Assembly: GCA_016184225.1 (NCBI GenBank)
Contig: JACPDA010000004.1
Location: 70,800-134,799 of the forward strand
From: Candidatus Daviesbacteria bacterium
GTDB taxonomy: Bacteria; Patescibacteriota; Microgenomatia; Daviesbacterales; UBA10151
Direction of reading: 5' to 3'
Length of the DNA: 64,000 nucleotides
In this document: positions 36,985 through 45,600 of the stretch, piece by piece
Numbering within the stretch: the stretch's first letter is position 1
Layout: each line of letters begins with the position of its first letter
Program-made: the position numbers and the translations under genes
The notes under the pieces: model-generated
Database searches by the model: none
The model's input: the letters and a program-made list of their open reading frames with translations, nothing else
Told to the model about the DNA's origin: nothing

Positions 36985-38827
36985 ATTTCAAGTCTGCTTG
37001 AAATATCTTACTTCCCTCCAGAAGATATACTTTCTTCCCTTTCTCATCAACCACCAAATCCGTGGCTGTGGCAAACTTATTGCCAGTAATTTGCCCTTTG
37101 TAGCTGCCTGTTTTGGTTAAAATCAACAGCCGGGAATTGCCGGAATCCAAAAGGTATAAATTATCTACGTCTGATGAAGTAAACAAACTTTTTGGGTCTT
37201 TAACCCCTGAGGGAAGTCCCGCATAGGAAAAATTGTCCTTATCCCCTTTGGTAAACCTTAAAATCTCTCCCCCGCTCTTGAGCACATAAACAGAGGACTC
37301 AATCTGCATCCTTAAGGCATTACTAAAATCAGCCGTAGCACCCTTACTTAAATATTCCCTTTTATCAGAATAGCCATCAGATGTAGCGACATATTTCCAA
37401 ATCTGTCCGGAATTCAAAAGGTAAACATTGCTGCCAAAGCCATAAAGGTCTTTAATTTCTCCCCAACCACTATCCTGTTTAGCAACAGTGCTCAGTTTGG
37501 AATTTGTGGTATCAATTCTTAAAATCCCCTTATCTACCGAATAAATAAAGGCCAGTCCGCCGTTTAATGAGGCAAAACTGGCTTCGCCTAGTTGTTCTGA
37601 CCCTGCCAAAATCTGGTTGCTCTTTTTCGCTATATCCACCACTGCTAAAGTCTTAACAGCCGGGTCCAGAAGCAGTAGTTTATCCCCCGACAGGCTCATC
37701 TGGGTAGCGCGGAAGTTTTTCTTAACTAAGTCCATATCCAAAAATAGCGGAAAATCAGAAACAACAGACTCTTGTAAAATCGCGGAGGATTCCTGTTCTA
37801 TTTGATTTTTAAAGTTTTGGGCCTCTCCGTCATTTGGCTTTAAAGTTAAGGCAGATTTTACCTTGTCTTTGGCCGAATCGAGCTTCTTTTTGGCTTCAAG
37901 AGGATTTAAACTGGTTAATCCTTTAGCAGCATTAAAATCATCCTTTGCCTCTTGCAATGTTTGGATAAACTGCAACGCCTTAGCCCGGTCACGGCCGGAC
38001 TTATACTGATACCCAACACCCAAGGCAATAATGATAATTAAGACAACCGCCACTACTAACCTCCCCCTGCCACTTCTGGGAAAATGTGTTCCAATCTTCT
38101 TGAGCAAATTCAACACCTGATTTAAAATATCTTTAAAAACTAAAACCCGCGATTTTTTTGGAAAATCTTCACCAATTTCTTGATCTGTTTGAACTGTTTG
38201 ACCATTATCTTCCGAAGGAAGAGGGGAAATTTCCAAATTCTCTCCGCCAGCTGGCGGACTAATTTCCACAATCAAACCAGCTAAGCTTTCGTTCTCTGCG
38301 CTCGAAGCGCCAATTTTACTCCCCAGTTCTTCTTCGAATGTTTCTATAGGCAAATTTAAAGATTTCTCAAGTTCGTCCCCTAAAAGGGTTATTAAGCTTC
38401 TGGTAGAAAGCAGTATTTTATCCCCATCCTGCAAAAATCCGGAAATCAGTTGTGAGGGTGTACCGACTGACAAAAGGGCTGATAGCGTATCCGCTCGTTT
38501 TAGGTAAACTTCAACATTGCCTTTACCGATAAGATAGAGTGCCTTCCCGGAAATAGCTGCCAAACACAAATCAAATTCAGCTCCCTCCGGAATTTTTTTC
38601 TCTGCTTCCTTAAAAGTGGCATTTAATTTCTCAGCCATTGTCCCTTCAAACTCAAAATAGAAATCTTCCAGCTCGGATAAAATTTGCCTGCCGGAAGTAA
38701 AAGCATCGTCGGAGGTAAGCTCTAAAACCGCCAGCAGCGAGTTGTCGTCTCCCCTAATGGAGGATGCTACCTGGGCGGCTTTTTGATCGGTATTTAAGCC
38801 AATAACTTGAGCTATTTTAAGCTTCAT
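36983..38827 (-). CDS. hypothetical membrane protein (N-terminal cytoplasmic domain, one TM, C-terminal repeat-rich extracellular domain)
   Basis: 614 aa; TM VVAVVLIIIIALGVGY; no catalytic motifs recognised. Confidence 0.35.
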   Translation of the reverse strand: MKLKIAQVIGLNTDQKAAQVASSIRGDDNSLLAVLELTSDDAFTSGRQILSELEDFYFEFEGTMAEKLNATFKEAEKKIPEGAEFDLCLAAISGKALYLIGKGNVEVYLKRADTLSALLSVGTPSQLISGFLQDGDKILLSTRSLITLLGDELEKSLNLPIETFEEELGSKIGASSAENESLAGLIVEISPPAGGENLEISPLPSEDNGQTVQTDQEIGEDFPKKSRVLVFKDILNQVLNLLKKIGTHFPRSGRGRLVVAVVLIIIIALGVGYQYKSGRDRAKALQFIQTLQEAKDDFNAAKGLTSLNPLEAKKKLDSAKDKVKSALTLKPNDGEAQNFKNQIEQESSAILQESVVSDFPLFLDMDLVKKNFRATQMSLSGDKLLLLDPAVKTLAVVDIAKKSNQILAGSEQLGEASFASLNGGLAFIYSVDKGILRIDTTNSKLSTVAKQDSGWGEIKDLYGFGSNVYLLNSGQIWKYVATSDGYSDKREYLSKGATADFSNALRMQIESSVYVLKSGGEILRFTKGDKDNFSYAGLPSGVKDPKSLFTSSDVDNLYLLDSGNSRLLILTKTGSYKGQITGNKFATATDLVVDEKGKKVYLLEGSKIFQADLK

Positions 38828-38840
38828 CTACACCCTTTCT

Positions 38841-39092
38841 CTAAAGTATTCCAAAAGCCAAAATAATTAATCCTACGGCAAAACCGGCATGTACGATAGA
38901 AAAAGCCTTAAGATAGGGGGAAACTTTGGTAATTAGAGTTTTACTCATTAAATCCACCTGTCTAATCACTATCAAAGCAAATATAGCGTAAAACGCCAAA
39001 ATTATCAAAATTGCAATTTTTGCAAACATCAAGACTATCTCAAATTCAAACAGACTAGTCTGGATGGTGGTAGGCATCTCTTCCTCTCCCAT
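38841..39092 (-). CDS. small 2-TM membrane protein
   Basis: 83 aa; hydrophobic. Confidence 0.3.
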   Translation of the reverse strand: MGEEEMPTTIQTSLFEFEIVLMFAKIAILIILAFYAIFALIVIRQVDLMSKTLITKVSPYLKAFSIVHAGFAVGLIILAFGIL

Positions 39093-39672
39093 AAATCTTA
39101 TGAGCTTCGTCTAAGATAAAATCCGCCACATGGTGCGGTCTTGATACCGAATGAAAATCAATGTTTCTGGTGGCTCCGGCTGTTTGGATAAAAACATTGC
39201 CGTAGTGAAAAATAGAGTTTAAGATACCGCCCATGGAAGATGAGGTATCTTCTATGTTTCTAAGGGGAGCTACATCAATATTTTTAAATAAAAGTGAGTG
39301 GAAATCCACATCAATGATATTTTTCTCGGTCACAATGTAAACATTAAAATACCAATGCAAAAAACCTTCAAAGGTAATTATTAAAACCAAAAGATAGTTA
39401 ATAATTAAAATCATTACAATAAAGGTTTGCGGAATAGTAGATAAGTTAAAATTGAAAAACCCTAAGATTTTCGGGACAAAAAACGGTCCCAAAAAAACTA
39501 CAATAGCCGCAGTAATCCAGCCTAAATTGGTAATTGGATGAGCCCGGAGTAAAAGAAGCACCTTCTCGTCAGGATCCTGGCCTTCAAAACAGAAATCTGT
39601 CGGATGCTCTAGGTAGGACGGGAACATTAAGGCAAGTATAGCACTTTTTGAGAGTCTAGTCGCTAGAGTCAA
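39055..39672 (-). CDS. membrane protein with bacterial PH (YdbT/DUF304-like) domain; likely internal start
   Basis: two TM helices followed by ...YFNVYIVTEKNIIDVDFHSLLFKNID... Confidence 0.45.
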   Translation of the reverse strand: MTLATRLSKSAILALMFPSYLEHPTDFCFEGQDPDEKVLLLLRAHPITNLGWITAAIVVFLGPFFVPKILGFFNFNLSTIPQTFIVMILIINYLLVLIITFEGFLHWYFNVYIVTEKNIIDVDFHSLLFKNIDVAPLRNIEDTSSSMGGILNSIFHYGNVFIQTAGATRNIDFHSVSRPHHVADFILDEAHKIYGRGRDAYHHPD

Positions 39673-39690
39673 GAATCAAGAATCAAGAAT
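39651..39690. repeat. CTAGAGTCAAGAGTC-family repeat followed by (AATCAAG)x3
   Basis: gagagtctagtcgctagagtcaagaatcaagaatcaagaat. Confidence 0.4.
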
Positions 39691-41363
39691 TATTTTTTCT
39701 CTATATTAAAGAAAGCAAAGCCGCTTTGAGGGATTGACAACCTACCCGGGGCGCGGATATTAAAGGCAGTCTTAAACTCCGAGCCGGAAAGTCTTACCTC
39801 CCCTTTGTCTGTTTGGAAAACAACCTCGCTGGTCGTTCCGTTCCCCTGCACCACCGTCACCGAACTTACGCTAGACGGTCCTCCGGCCTTCTCCCGCAAC
39901 TCGGCATGAGAGTAGGGGTTTCCTCCCCAGCAAGAAGTAGTAACAGGTGTTACCCGATCATCTCTGTATTTGGCCGCGTTAATAATATCCGCCACCTCTT
40001 CCCCTGAAAGCCAGGGGTTTGATCTTCCGCATTTATCACTTGACGGGCTATAGCCTTGTGTGTACCAAGCTTTATAGACCCAGGGGGACCCGCCTGCCTT
40101 ATCGTATGATTTGTCAACAAAACTGGATCCTCCGGAACCATCCGTCGTGTCCCAACCCATGGTAGTAGTAAACCCCCCGTGGGTTGAGGCATAATAAGTC
40201 ACCACATCTTCAATCACTTGTCCCCTGGTAGCATTCACCGCATCTTTCCAGGCCTGCGGAGGACTGTCTGACTTGGATTTAGAAAACACCTGGCAAGCTT
40301 CGGTGGTACAAATTGATTGGCCGTTTTGTTTATACCGGAAAGCATAAGTTCTGGCTGCTATGGCTTGAGCTTTAAGCGCTTCAGCATGCCAGTTTGAAGG
40401 CATCTCAGCTATGCCGTACAGATATTTTTCTTCAAAATTCATTGATCCGTACCCCGACACATTAATATCCCCTCCGGTATCTTTACCGACCGGCTCTTTA
40501 CCGTAGTAAGCCCGCAAAATTGCTTTGTAATCCTGACCTGACTGGGCTCTGCCCCTGGCTCCGTATTGACTCATCCCTTTTCTGTGGGTATAGCCACCAA
40601 AGGAAAAGACTGCAAAAGATCCCGAGGGAGCGGCTTCCCTAAAACCTTTAATGGAAGCATTGTAATCGTCTGCCAACTCGCTATCTCCGATACTGGCAGT
40701 AAACTGACCTGACCTGGCTGCTAAGATTTCCTGTTGTTTGGCAGAAAGCTCGGCAATTTTGCCTGATAAGTCAGATTGATATGCTTTAGCTTTTTTAATC
40801 TCTCCGCCCAAAAAGCCGGCATTCTTGTCTACCTGCTCTTGAAAAACGGCTAACTTAGCTTTGTCTTTTTCTAGGTTTTCTTTTTGGGTCAGCAAGTCTA
40901 CCACCTCGGCTGTAATTGAGGTAATAATTTGGCGGTCTTCCCGGGTGACGGATTGGCGGTAGGATAGCTCCCTGAATAAATCACCCGAGTGGACTGAGGA
41001 TAAAATGACCAGTAGTGGATCAGTCAGATATGAACGGATATAATAGGCCTTAACCCGCTGTTCCAGGAGCGCTTGCTGCAGGGCCAACTTATCTTCCCTG
41101 ATATCCAAATCTTTTTGTTTTTGCCTGATCTTAGCCGAAAGATTGTCTAAATTGGCTTGGATTTGGGCCAGCTGCAGTTTTAGGGAATTTAGTTGGCCTT
41201 CTAAAGGTTTAGTAGCTTTTACAGACAGCTCCCGGGCCTTATTTAGCTCATCGATCTGTTTTTGTAAATCTTCTATTTCACCAGCAAAGGTAGGGTATAG
41301 GGTATAGGGTATAGGGTATAGGAAAACAGATACTAAAAATAAAAAAAGAATAATTCTTTTCAT
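39690..41363 (-). CDS. SpoIID/LytB-domain peptidoglycan-remodelling protein with N-terminal coiled coil
   Basis: signal peptide; long coiled-coil region; SpoIID block ...GGYTHRKGMSQYGARGRA... and ICTTEACQVF. Confidence 0.65.
   Translation of the reverse strand: MKRIILFLFLVSVFLYPIPYTLYPTFAGEIEDLQKQIDELNKARELSVKATKPLEGQLNSLKLQLAQIQANLDNLSAKIRQKQKDLDIREDKLALQQALLEQRVKAYYIRSYLTDPLLVILSSVHSGDLFRELSYRQSVTREDRQIITSITAEVVDLLTQKENLEKDKAKLAVFQEQVDKNAGFLGGEIKKAKAYQSDLSGKIAELSAKQQEILAARSGQFTASIGDSELADDYNASIKGFREAAPSGSFAVFSFGGYTHRKGMSQYGARGRAQSGQDYKAILRAYYGKEPVGKDTGGDINVSGYGSMNFEEKYLYGIAEMPSNWHAEALKAQAIAARTYAFRYKQNGQSICTTEACQVFSKSKSDSPPQAWKDAVNATRGQVIEDVVTYYASTHGGFTTTMGWDTTDGSGGSSFVDKSYDKAGGSPWVYKAWYTQGYSPSSDKCGRSNPWLSGEEVADIINAAKYRDDRVTPVTTSCWGGNPYSHAELREKAGGPSSVSSVTVVQGNGTTSEVVFQTDKGEVRLSGSEFKTAFNIRAPGRLSIPQSGFAFFNIEKK
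41293..41316 (+). repeat. (GGGTATA)n heptamer repeat forming a canonical G3N4G3N4G3N4G3 quadruplex motif; encodes PYTLYPIPYTLYP in the signal peptide of the minus-strand gene
   Basis: GGGTATAGGGTATAGGGTATAGGG. Confidence 0.6.
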
Positions 41364-41415
41364 AAAGTGTCTTTAATTTTAGCAAAACTTATGCTGGCAT
41401 CGGCTTTCTAATAAA

Positions 41416-41439
41416 CCCTACCCCCTAATCCCTAGACCC
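41416..41439 (-). repeat. CCCTAA-type telomere-like heptamer repeat (G4 motif on minus strand) at the 3' end of a four-helix-bundle gene
   Basis: CCCTACCCCCTAATCCCTAGACCCT. Confidence 0.55.
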
Positions 41440-41795
41440 TAACTCTTTAAGCTACTAATAAGTTTATTTAACATCTTTTGAACTTCTGTAAGTAGATTAC
41501 TAATATCTTCGAAATCTTGAACATTTAAAAAATTTAATTCCTTGGCAATCAGTACTTGTGTTTCTAATTCAGCACCAGAAGCGAATGCAGTTCTTAGAAA
41601 CTGAAGGTATTCTTGCCTATAACCCCGTGAGTAACCTTCAGCTATATTCGAAGGGATTGATACCGCACATCGGCGCATTTGCGAAACTAAACCATATAAT
41701 TCTGACTTTGGAAATTTATTGGTGATTCTGAATATTTTAATTGATAAGTCAAAAGCTTTCTGCCAAACTGTCAGCTGTTGGTAGGAAGTTAGCAT
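41439..41795 (-). CDS. four-helix-bundle protein (23S rRNA IVS / Avd-like family)
   Basis: ...FPKSELYGLVSQMRRCAVSIPSNIAEGYSR... Confidence 0.7.
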   Translation of the reverse strand: MLTSYQQLTVWQKAFDLSIKIFRITNKFPKSELYGLVSQMRRCAVSIPSNIAEGYSRGYRQEYLQFLRTAFASGAELETQVLIAKELNFLNVQDFEDISNLLTEVQKMLNKLISSLKS

Positions 41796-41814
41796 AATCT
41801 TATTTTACACTAAA

Positions 41815-41838
41815 CCCTAACCCCTAGTCCCTAAACCC
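41815..41838 (-). repeat. CCCTAAA-type telomere-like repeat (G4 motif on minus strand) in the spacer between the four-helix-bundle gene and the first pilin-domain gene
   Basis: CCCTAACCCCTAGTCCCTAAACCCTAAAA. Confidence 0.55.
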
Positions 41839-41861
41839 TAAAATGTGCTAATCTGAAATCA

Positions 41862-43031
41862 ATGTCCAAAATTTTTTCTTATAAACTAATTGTTGCAATC
41901 TTCTTTCTGTTTTTTGCATTCTCTTTGCTACCAGAGAGTACGATGGCTACCTTAAACGATTGCAGCTTTACATTCGACCCACCACAACCTAATACCTATA
42001 TGAAAGATCTGACCATCACTGTATCAAGCGCAGGACTACCCTCAAGCGGAGGTAACTATTTAATGGTAGTACAAGATCCACGTGATCATTGTGCTTATAC
42101 ATGGTCACGTGGATCGCTACCAAGTTATATTTTTGGAGGGATGGATGGAAACTGTTTCGGCTCGTATAGAGGTTGGCAAAACAGAGATTACCAGGTTTAT
42201 CTTTTCAATGGTGACGTAGATTATAAATCCGGTGCATTCGGATTTATCGGAAGAACAGATTTAAAACAAGCGATTTGCGTGGGGTCATTTCAAGTTGCAT
42301 TGAAATCAATACAAGACAGTTGCAAAGCTATCATTACTACAAAACCAATTGACCCCAATACTACAGTTCAACTAGAAGTAGAAAATATTCTACCAGACAA
42401 ATATAAAATTATTGTTGAGCCCAGAACCGCTGCTGCTACCCCTAAAAAAGAGTTCGAGGAAAAAATTGATACTTCCACTGCTCCCGCAAGATTCAATCTA
42501 GATACTTTTATTCCGGGCACTTATAGCGTTTCAATTTATAAAGATAGCAAGCTTCAGTGCGCTCAAGAATCTTTTCAGGTCGGCCCGATGGGAAGCGGAG
42601 AAGGCGGCAGAATAGTAGCTTATGCAGGAATAGATCAATGTAAACAAAAAGATGTGGCTTGTTCTCTTGCTGGAGGACAGCCAGTTACGGGTTGCAATGA
42701 TGCAGAGGTACCAGATCCAAATGATCCAAATAAAACCATACCTAACCCTAACCCGGGTATTGCTACTGCCATTGGCTGCATTCATACTAACCCGGTAGAA
42801 TTTACTAAAGACATCATGAAGTTTGTGCTGGGTATTTCCGGAGGCTTAGCATTTTTAATGATGCTTTTGGGGGCATTTCAAATACTGTCCTCTGCTGATA
42901 ATCCTGATACCTTGCATGCCGGCAGGGAAAGGTTAACCAGCGCAGTGATCGGCCTCCTGATAGTCATTTTTGCTATTTTACTATTGCAAATTATTGGAGT
43001 TGGTATACTGGATATACCTGGATTTAAATAG
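41862..43031 (+). CDS. secreted protein with large N-terminal extracellular domain fused to a C-terminal VirB2/TrbC-like pilin domain
   Basis: signal peptide; the C-terminus GISGGLAFLMMLLGAFQILSSADNPDTLHAGRERLTSAVIGLLIVIFAILLL matches the pilin paralogs downstream. Confidence 0.45.
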   Translation: MSKIFSYKLIVAIFFLFFAFSLLPESTMATLNDCSFTFDPPQPNTYMKDLTITVSSAGLPSSGGNYLMVVQDPRDHCAYTWSRGSLPSYIFGGMDGNCFGSYRGWQNRDYQVYLFNGDVDYKSGAFGFIGRTDLKQAICVGSFQVALKSIQDSCKAIITTKPIDPNTTVQLEVENILPDKYKIIVEPRTAAATPKKEFEEKIDTSTAPARFNLDTFIPGTYSVSIYKDSKLQCAQESFQVGPMGSGEGGRIVAYAGIDQCKQKDVACSLAGGQPVTGCNDAEVPDPNDPNKTIPNPNPGIATAIGCIHTNPVEFTKDIMKFVLGISGGLAFLMMLLGAFQILSSADNPDTLHAGRERLTSAVIGLLIVIFAILLLQIIGVGILDIPGFK

Positions 43032-43060
43032 AGTCAAGAGTCTAGAATCTAGAGTCTAGG
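43029..43060. repeat. CTAGAGTCAAGAGTC-family repeat filling the stop-to-start spacer upstream of the four-helix-bundle gene
   Basis: tagagtcaagagtctagaatctagagtctagg; an inverted partner lies at 43418-43448. Confidence 0.45.
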
Positions 43061-43063
43061 AAA

Positions 43064-43420
43064 ATGAGAAACAATAAAGGTTACAGAAAATTAATTGCTT
43101 GGCAGAAAGGTAACCTACTAGCTCACTTAATTTATGATGTCACAGCTAAATTCCCTAGAAATGAGCTTTTCGGATTAACTTCTCAGATGCGTCGGGCTGT
43201 TTTATCTGTTTGCGCGAATATAGCCGAGGGGTATAGCAGAAGTGGTTTAAAAGATCGCAAACATTTCTATCAAATGGCGGTTGCTTCTTTAACAGAACTG
43301 GAGTTCTTTATTGACTTTGCTTCTGAAAGAAAGTTTATAAACTCTTTCGATTATGAGAGAATATTAGATGTCCATACAGAAACAGCTAGAGTTCTAAGTG
43401 GTCTATTGAAATCCACTTGA
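43064..43420 (+). CDS. four-helix-bundle protein (23S rRNA IVS / Avd-like family), flanked by inverted repeats
   Basis: ...FPRNELFGLTSQMRRAVLSVCANIAEGYSR... Confidence 0.7.
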   Translation: MRNNKGYRKLIAWQKGNLLAHLIYDVTAKFPRNELFGLTSQMRRAVLSVCANIAEGYSRSGLKDRKHFYQMAVASLTELEFFIDFASERKFINSFDYERILDVHTETARVLSGLLKST

Positions 43421-43448
43421 CTCTAGACTCTAGCGACTAGTCACTAAC
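43418..43448. repeat. CTAGAGTCAAGAGTC-family repeat (inverted copy) filling the spacer downstream of the four-helix-bundle gene
   Basis: tgactctagactctagcgactagtcactaac. Confidence 0.45.
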
Positions 43449-43449
43449 T

Positions 43450-43749
43450 ATGATACCTGGTTTAAATGATATCTTTAAAGCCAATCCAGCACCTCAGTTT
43501 AAAAACTTAGGCGATCTTTTGTCCGGCCTTTTAAACATTATCCTTTTTGCTGCTGCCTTTGTGGCTTTTTTCTATATACTTTGGGGGGCATTTTCTTATA
43601 TTACGGCCCAAGGCAAAAAAGAAGATTTGGCCAAAGCCCGTTCCAGAATTACCTGGGCTATAATTGGACTGATTGTCGTCTTCCTGGCTTTTATTATTTC
43701 CCGGTTTATTGCCGAAGTATTTAAACCCAAAGGAGGATTGCCATTCTGA
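43450..43749 (+). CDS. VirB2/TrbC-like pilin paralog 1
   Basis: signal-like N-terminus, two TM helices, conserved loop ...ITAQGKKEDLAKARSRITWAIIGLIVVFLAF... Confidence 0.5.
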   Translation: MIPGLNDIFKANPAPQFKNLGDLLSGLLNIILFAAAFVAFFYILWGAFSYITAQGKKEDLAKARSRITWAIIGLIVVFLAFIISRFIAEVFKPKGGLPF

Positions 43750-43753
43750 AAAA

Positions 43754-43777
43754 GGGTACAGGGTACAGGGTACAGGG
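43754..43777 (+). repeat. (GGGTACA)n heptamer repeat, canonical G4 motif, in the intergenic spacer between pilin genes
   Basis: GGGTACAGGGTACAGGGTACAGGG. Confidence 0.6.
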
Positions 43778-43796
43778 TACAGTTAAGAAAGCTTTT

Positions 43797-44165
43797 TTGG
43801 CTATAGTATTTTTTGTTTTGCTATACTACATGCCCACCCCTGCTTATGCTGCCTGTGTTGAACCGGGGAAAGGCGTCCAGATTAGTGACTGTTTTGGCTT
43901 TGGGGATATCAAATCTGTGGGAGAGGCAACCAATAGAGGGATTCCTCATCTCTTTTCTCTGTTGGCAGCCATAGTGGTGGTATATTTTGTCTGGGGGGCT
44001 TTTAAGTTTATACTATCCAGAGGCAATAAAGAGGAAGTGGCAGAAGCCAGAGGAATGATTACCCATGCCATAGTAGGGTTTATATTACTAATCTTTGCCT
44101 TTTTGATCCTGCAGGCTTTGCTAAGTAGCTTATTTAAGATACAATTTAGTATTATAGGGGGTTAA
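43797..44165 (+). CDS. VirB2/TrbC-like pilin paralog 2
   Basis: ...ILSRGNKEEVAEARGMITHAIVGFILLIFAFLIL... Confidence 0.5.
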   Translation: MAIVFFVLLYYMPTPAYAACVEPGKGVQISDCFGFGDIKSVGEATNRGIPHLFSLLAAIVVVYFVWGAFKFILSRGNKEEVAEARGMITHAIVGFILLIFAFLILQALLSSLFKIQFSIIGG

Positions 44166-44172
44166 TTCATTT

Positions 44173-44703
44173 ATGAAAATTTTATTTACTAGTTTAACTC
44201 TTCTGTTTATTATTTTTTTTATTAACCCTGCTAGTGTATTCGCTACCGGTTCTCTGGGTGAAAACTCTCGCTGCTACTATCCTGCTATCTCAAACGGCGG
44301 TTGTAATGAAGATTTAGGCTTATTTTGTGAACCATCCCAAGACGATTCAACTCGAGGCGTCTGCAAAAAATCAACTGTGAAGCAGATTTTTGGCACTATC
44401 ACAGCCCCTTCTCCCCTGGCAGGTTTCCTGGCAAAAGACCCCACAGGCACAGGGGGGGCTATCAGCCAATTTTTATCTAATCTGGTAGCTTTATTCTATT
44501 CCCTGGCAGCCATAGTGGCACTTTTTATGTTTTTGTGGGCAGCATTTGAATGGATGACTTCCGGCGGGGAAAAAGAAAAAGTGGCTTCTGCCCGCAATAA
44601 AATTATCTACACCATTATCGGAATCATTCTCCTTGCCCTGGCTTTTGCCATTATCAGGATAGTGGGCCAATTTACCGGGTTTACATTCTTCAAGGGGGCT
44701 TGA
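44173..44703 (+). CDS. VirB2/TrbC-like pilin paralog 3 (with Cys-rich N-terminal extension)
   Basis: ...MTSGGEKEKVASARNKIIYTIIGIILLALAFAII... Confidence 0.5.
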   Translation: MKILFTSLTLLFIIFFINPASVFATGSLGENSRCYYPAISNGGCNEDLGLFCEPSQDDSTRGVCKKSTVKQIFGTITAPSPLAGFLAKDPTGTGGAISQFLSNLVALFYSLAAIVALFMFLWAAFEWMTSGGEKEKVASARNKIIYTIIGIILLALAFAIIRIVGQFTGFTFFKGA

Positions 44704-44739
44704 CAAGCGGTTTACTATATAGATATAGTTAAGCTACAG

Positions 44740-45144
44740 ATGAAAAAATTAATATTTCTTGGTTCTGCAACACTATCTCTTTTAACACCTATCCGGGCTT
44801 TTGCGCAATCTCCTGGTCCTGCTGTTCAAATAAATGCACCCGCAGTAGGATTTCAATCATTGTCAGACTTTATCGCCAAAGCTCTCGTGCTTGTTTTCAC
44901 AGTGGGCGCTTTTTTGGTTTTGATTATGTTAATTATCGGGGCGTATGAGTGGATCGCCTCCGGCGGGGATAAAGAAAATGTGGCTAAAGCCCGCAACAGA
45001 ATTATTAATGCTTTAATTGGCTTGATAGTCTTGGCTGTTGCTTTTGCTCTGGTAAGACTCCTCGGCCAATTTACCGGATTAACCTTAACCAACTTGAGTA
45101 TCCCTGGCCCAGCAACAGGCACTCCCAACCCCAGCGTACTCTAA
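44740..45144 (+). CDS. VirB2/TrbC-like pilin paralog 4
   Basis: ...IASGGDKENVAKARNRIINALIGLIVLAVAFAL... Confidence 0.5.
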   Translation: MKKLIFLGSATLSLLTPIRAFAQSPGPAVQINAPAVGFQSLSDFIAKALVLVFTVGAFLVLIMLIIGAYEWIASGGDKENVAKARNRIINALIGLIVLAVAFALVRLLGQFTGLTLTNLSIPGPATGTPNPSVL

Positions 45145-45164
45145 ACTTCTTCATCTGTTCGTCA

Positions 45165-45181
45165 TTGATCCCGATTAAATC
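45165..45181. repeat. perfect palindrome TCCCGATTAAATCGGGA (hairpin); the same core recurs at 53283-53297
   Basis: cccgattaaatcggg occurs in the spacers at 45.17 kb and 53.29 kb. Confidence 0.4.
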
Positions 45182-45220
45182 GGGATTGATCTTCAAAACT
45201 ATTAGTGGTAATTTTAAAGG

Positions 45221-45559
45221 ATGGGGCCGGATCCGGCAGGTTTATCTGAACTTGAAAATCTCTTTGGCAATGTAATCTCTGTGATGGTGGCTCTGGGATT
45301 TATCGCCATGTTGGTTTTATTAATCATGGCCGGGTTTAAGTACTTAACTTCCGGCGGGGAACCCAAAGCCCTGCAAGCTGCCCACCACACCCTGGCCTGG
45401 GCTATTTTAGGGGTGTTGCTGATGATAGTAGCCTGGATACTTTTACAGCTAATCCAGGCCTTTACCGGGATTAATGTTACGGTATTTGATATAAAAACCT
45501 TGTGCAAAGATGCCACAGGAGCCTTGTTGTTCTGTCCATCACCCAGCCCTGGACCTTAA
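45221..45559 (+). CDS. VirB2/TrbC-like pilin paralog 5
   Basis: ...LTSGGEPKALQAAHHTLAWAILGVLLMIVAWIL... Confidence 0.5.
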   Translation: MGPDPAGLSELENLFGNVISVMVALGFIAMLVLLIMAGFKYLTSGGEPKALQAAHHTLAWAILGVLLMIVAWILLQLIQAFTGINVTVFDIKTLCKDATGALLFCPSPSPGP

Positions 45560-45600
45560 GGAGTTGCAAAGATAGTTTGATTTAGGTTAGTGTTATAAGT

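Noticed and set aside
109-43420. Diversity-generating retroelement suggested by three Avd-like four-helix-bundle genes
   Set aside because: No reverse transcriptase ORF and no template/variable repeat pair are visible in this window. The family is also common outside DGRs (rRNA intervening sequences).
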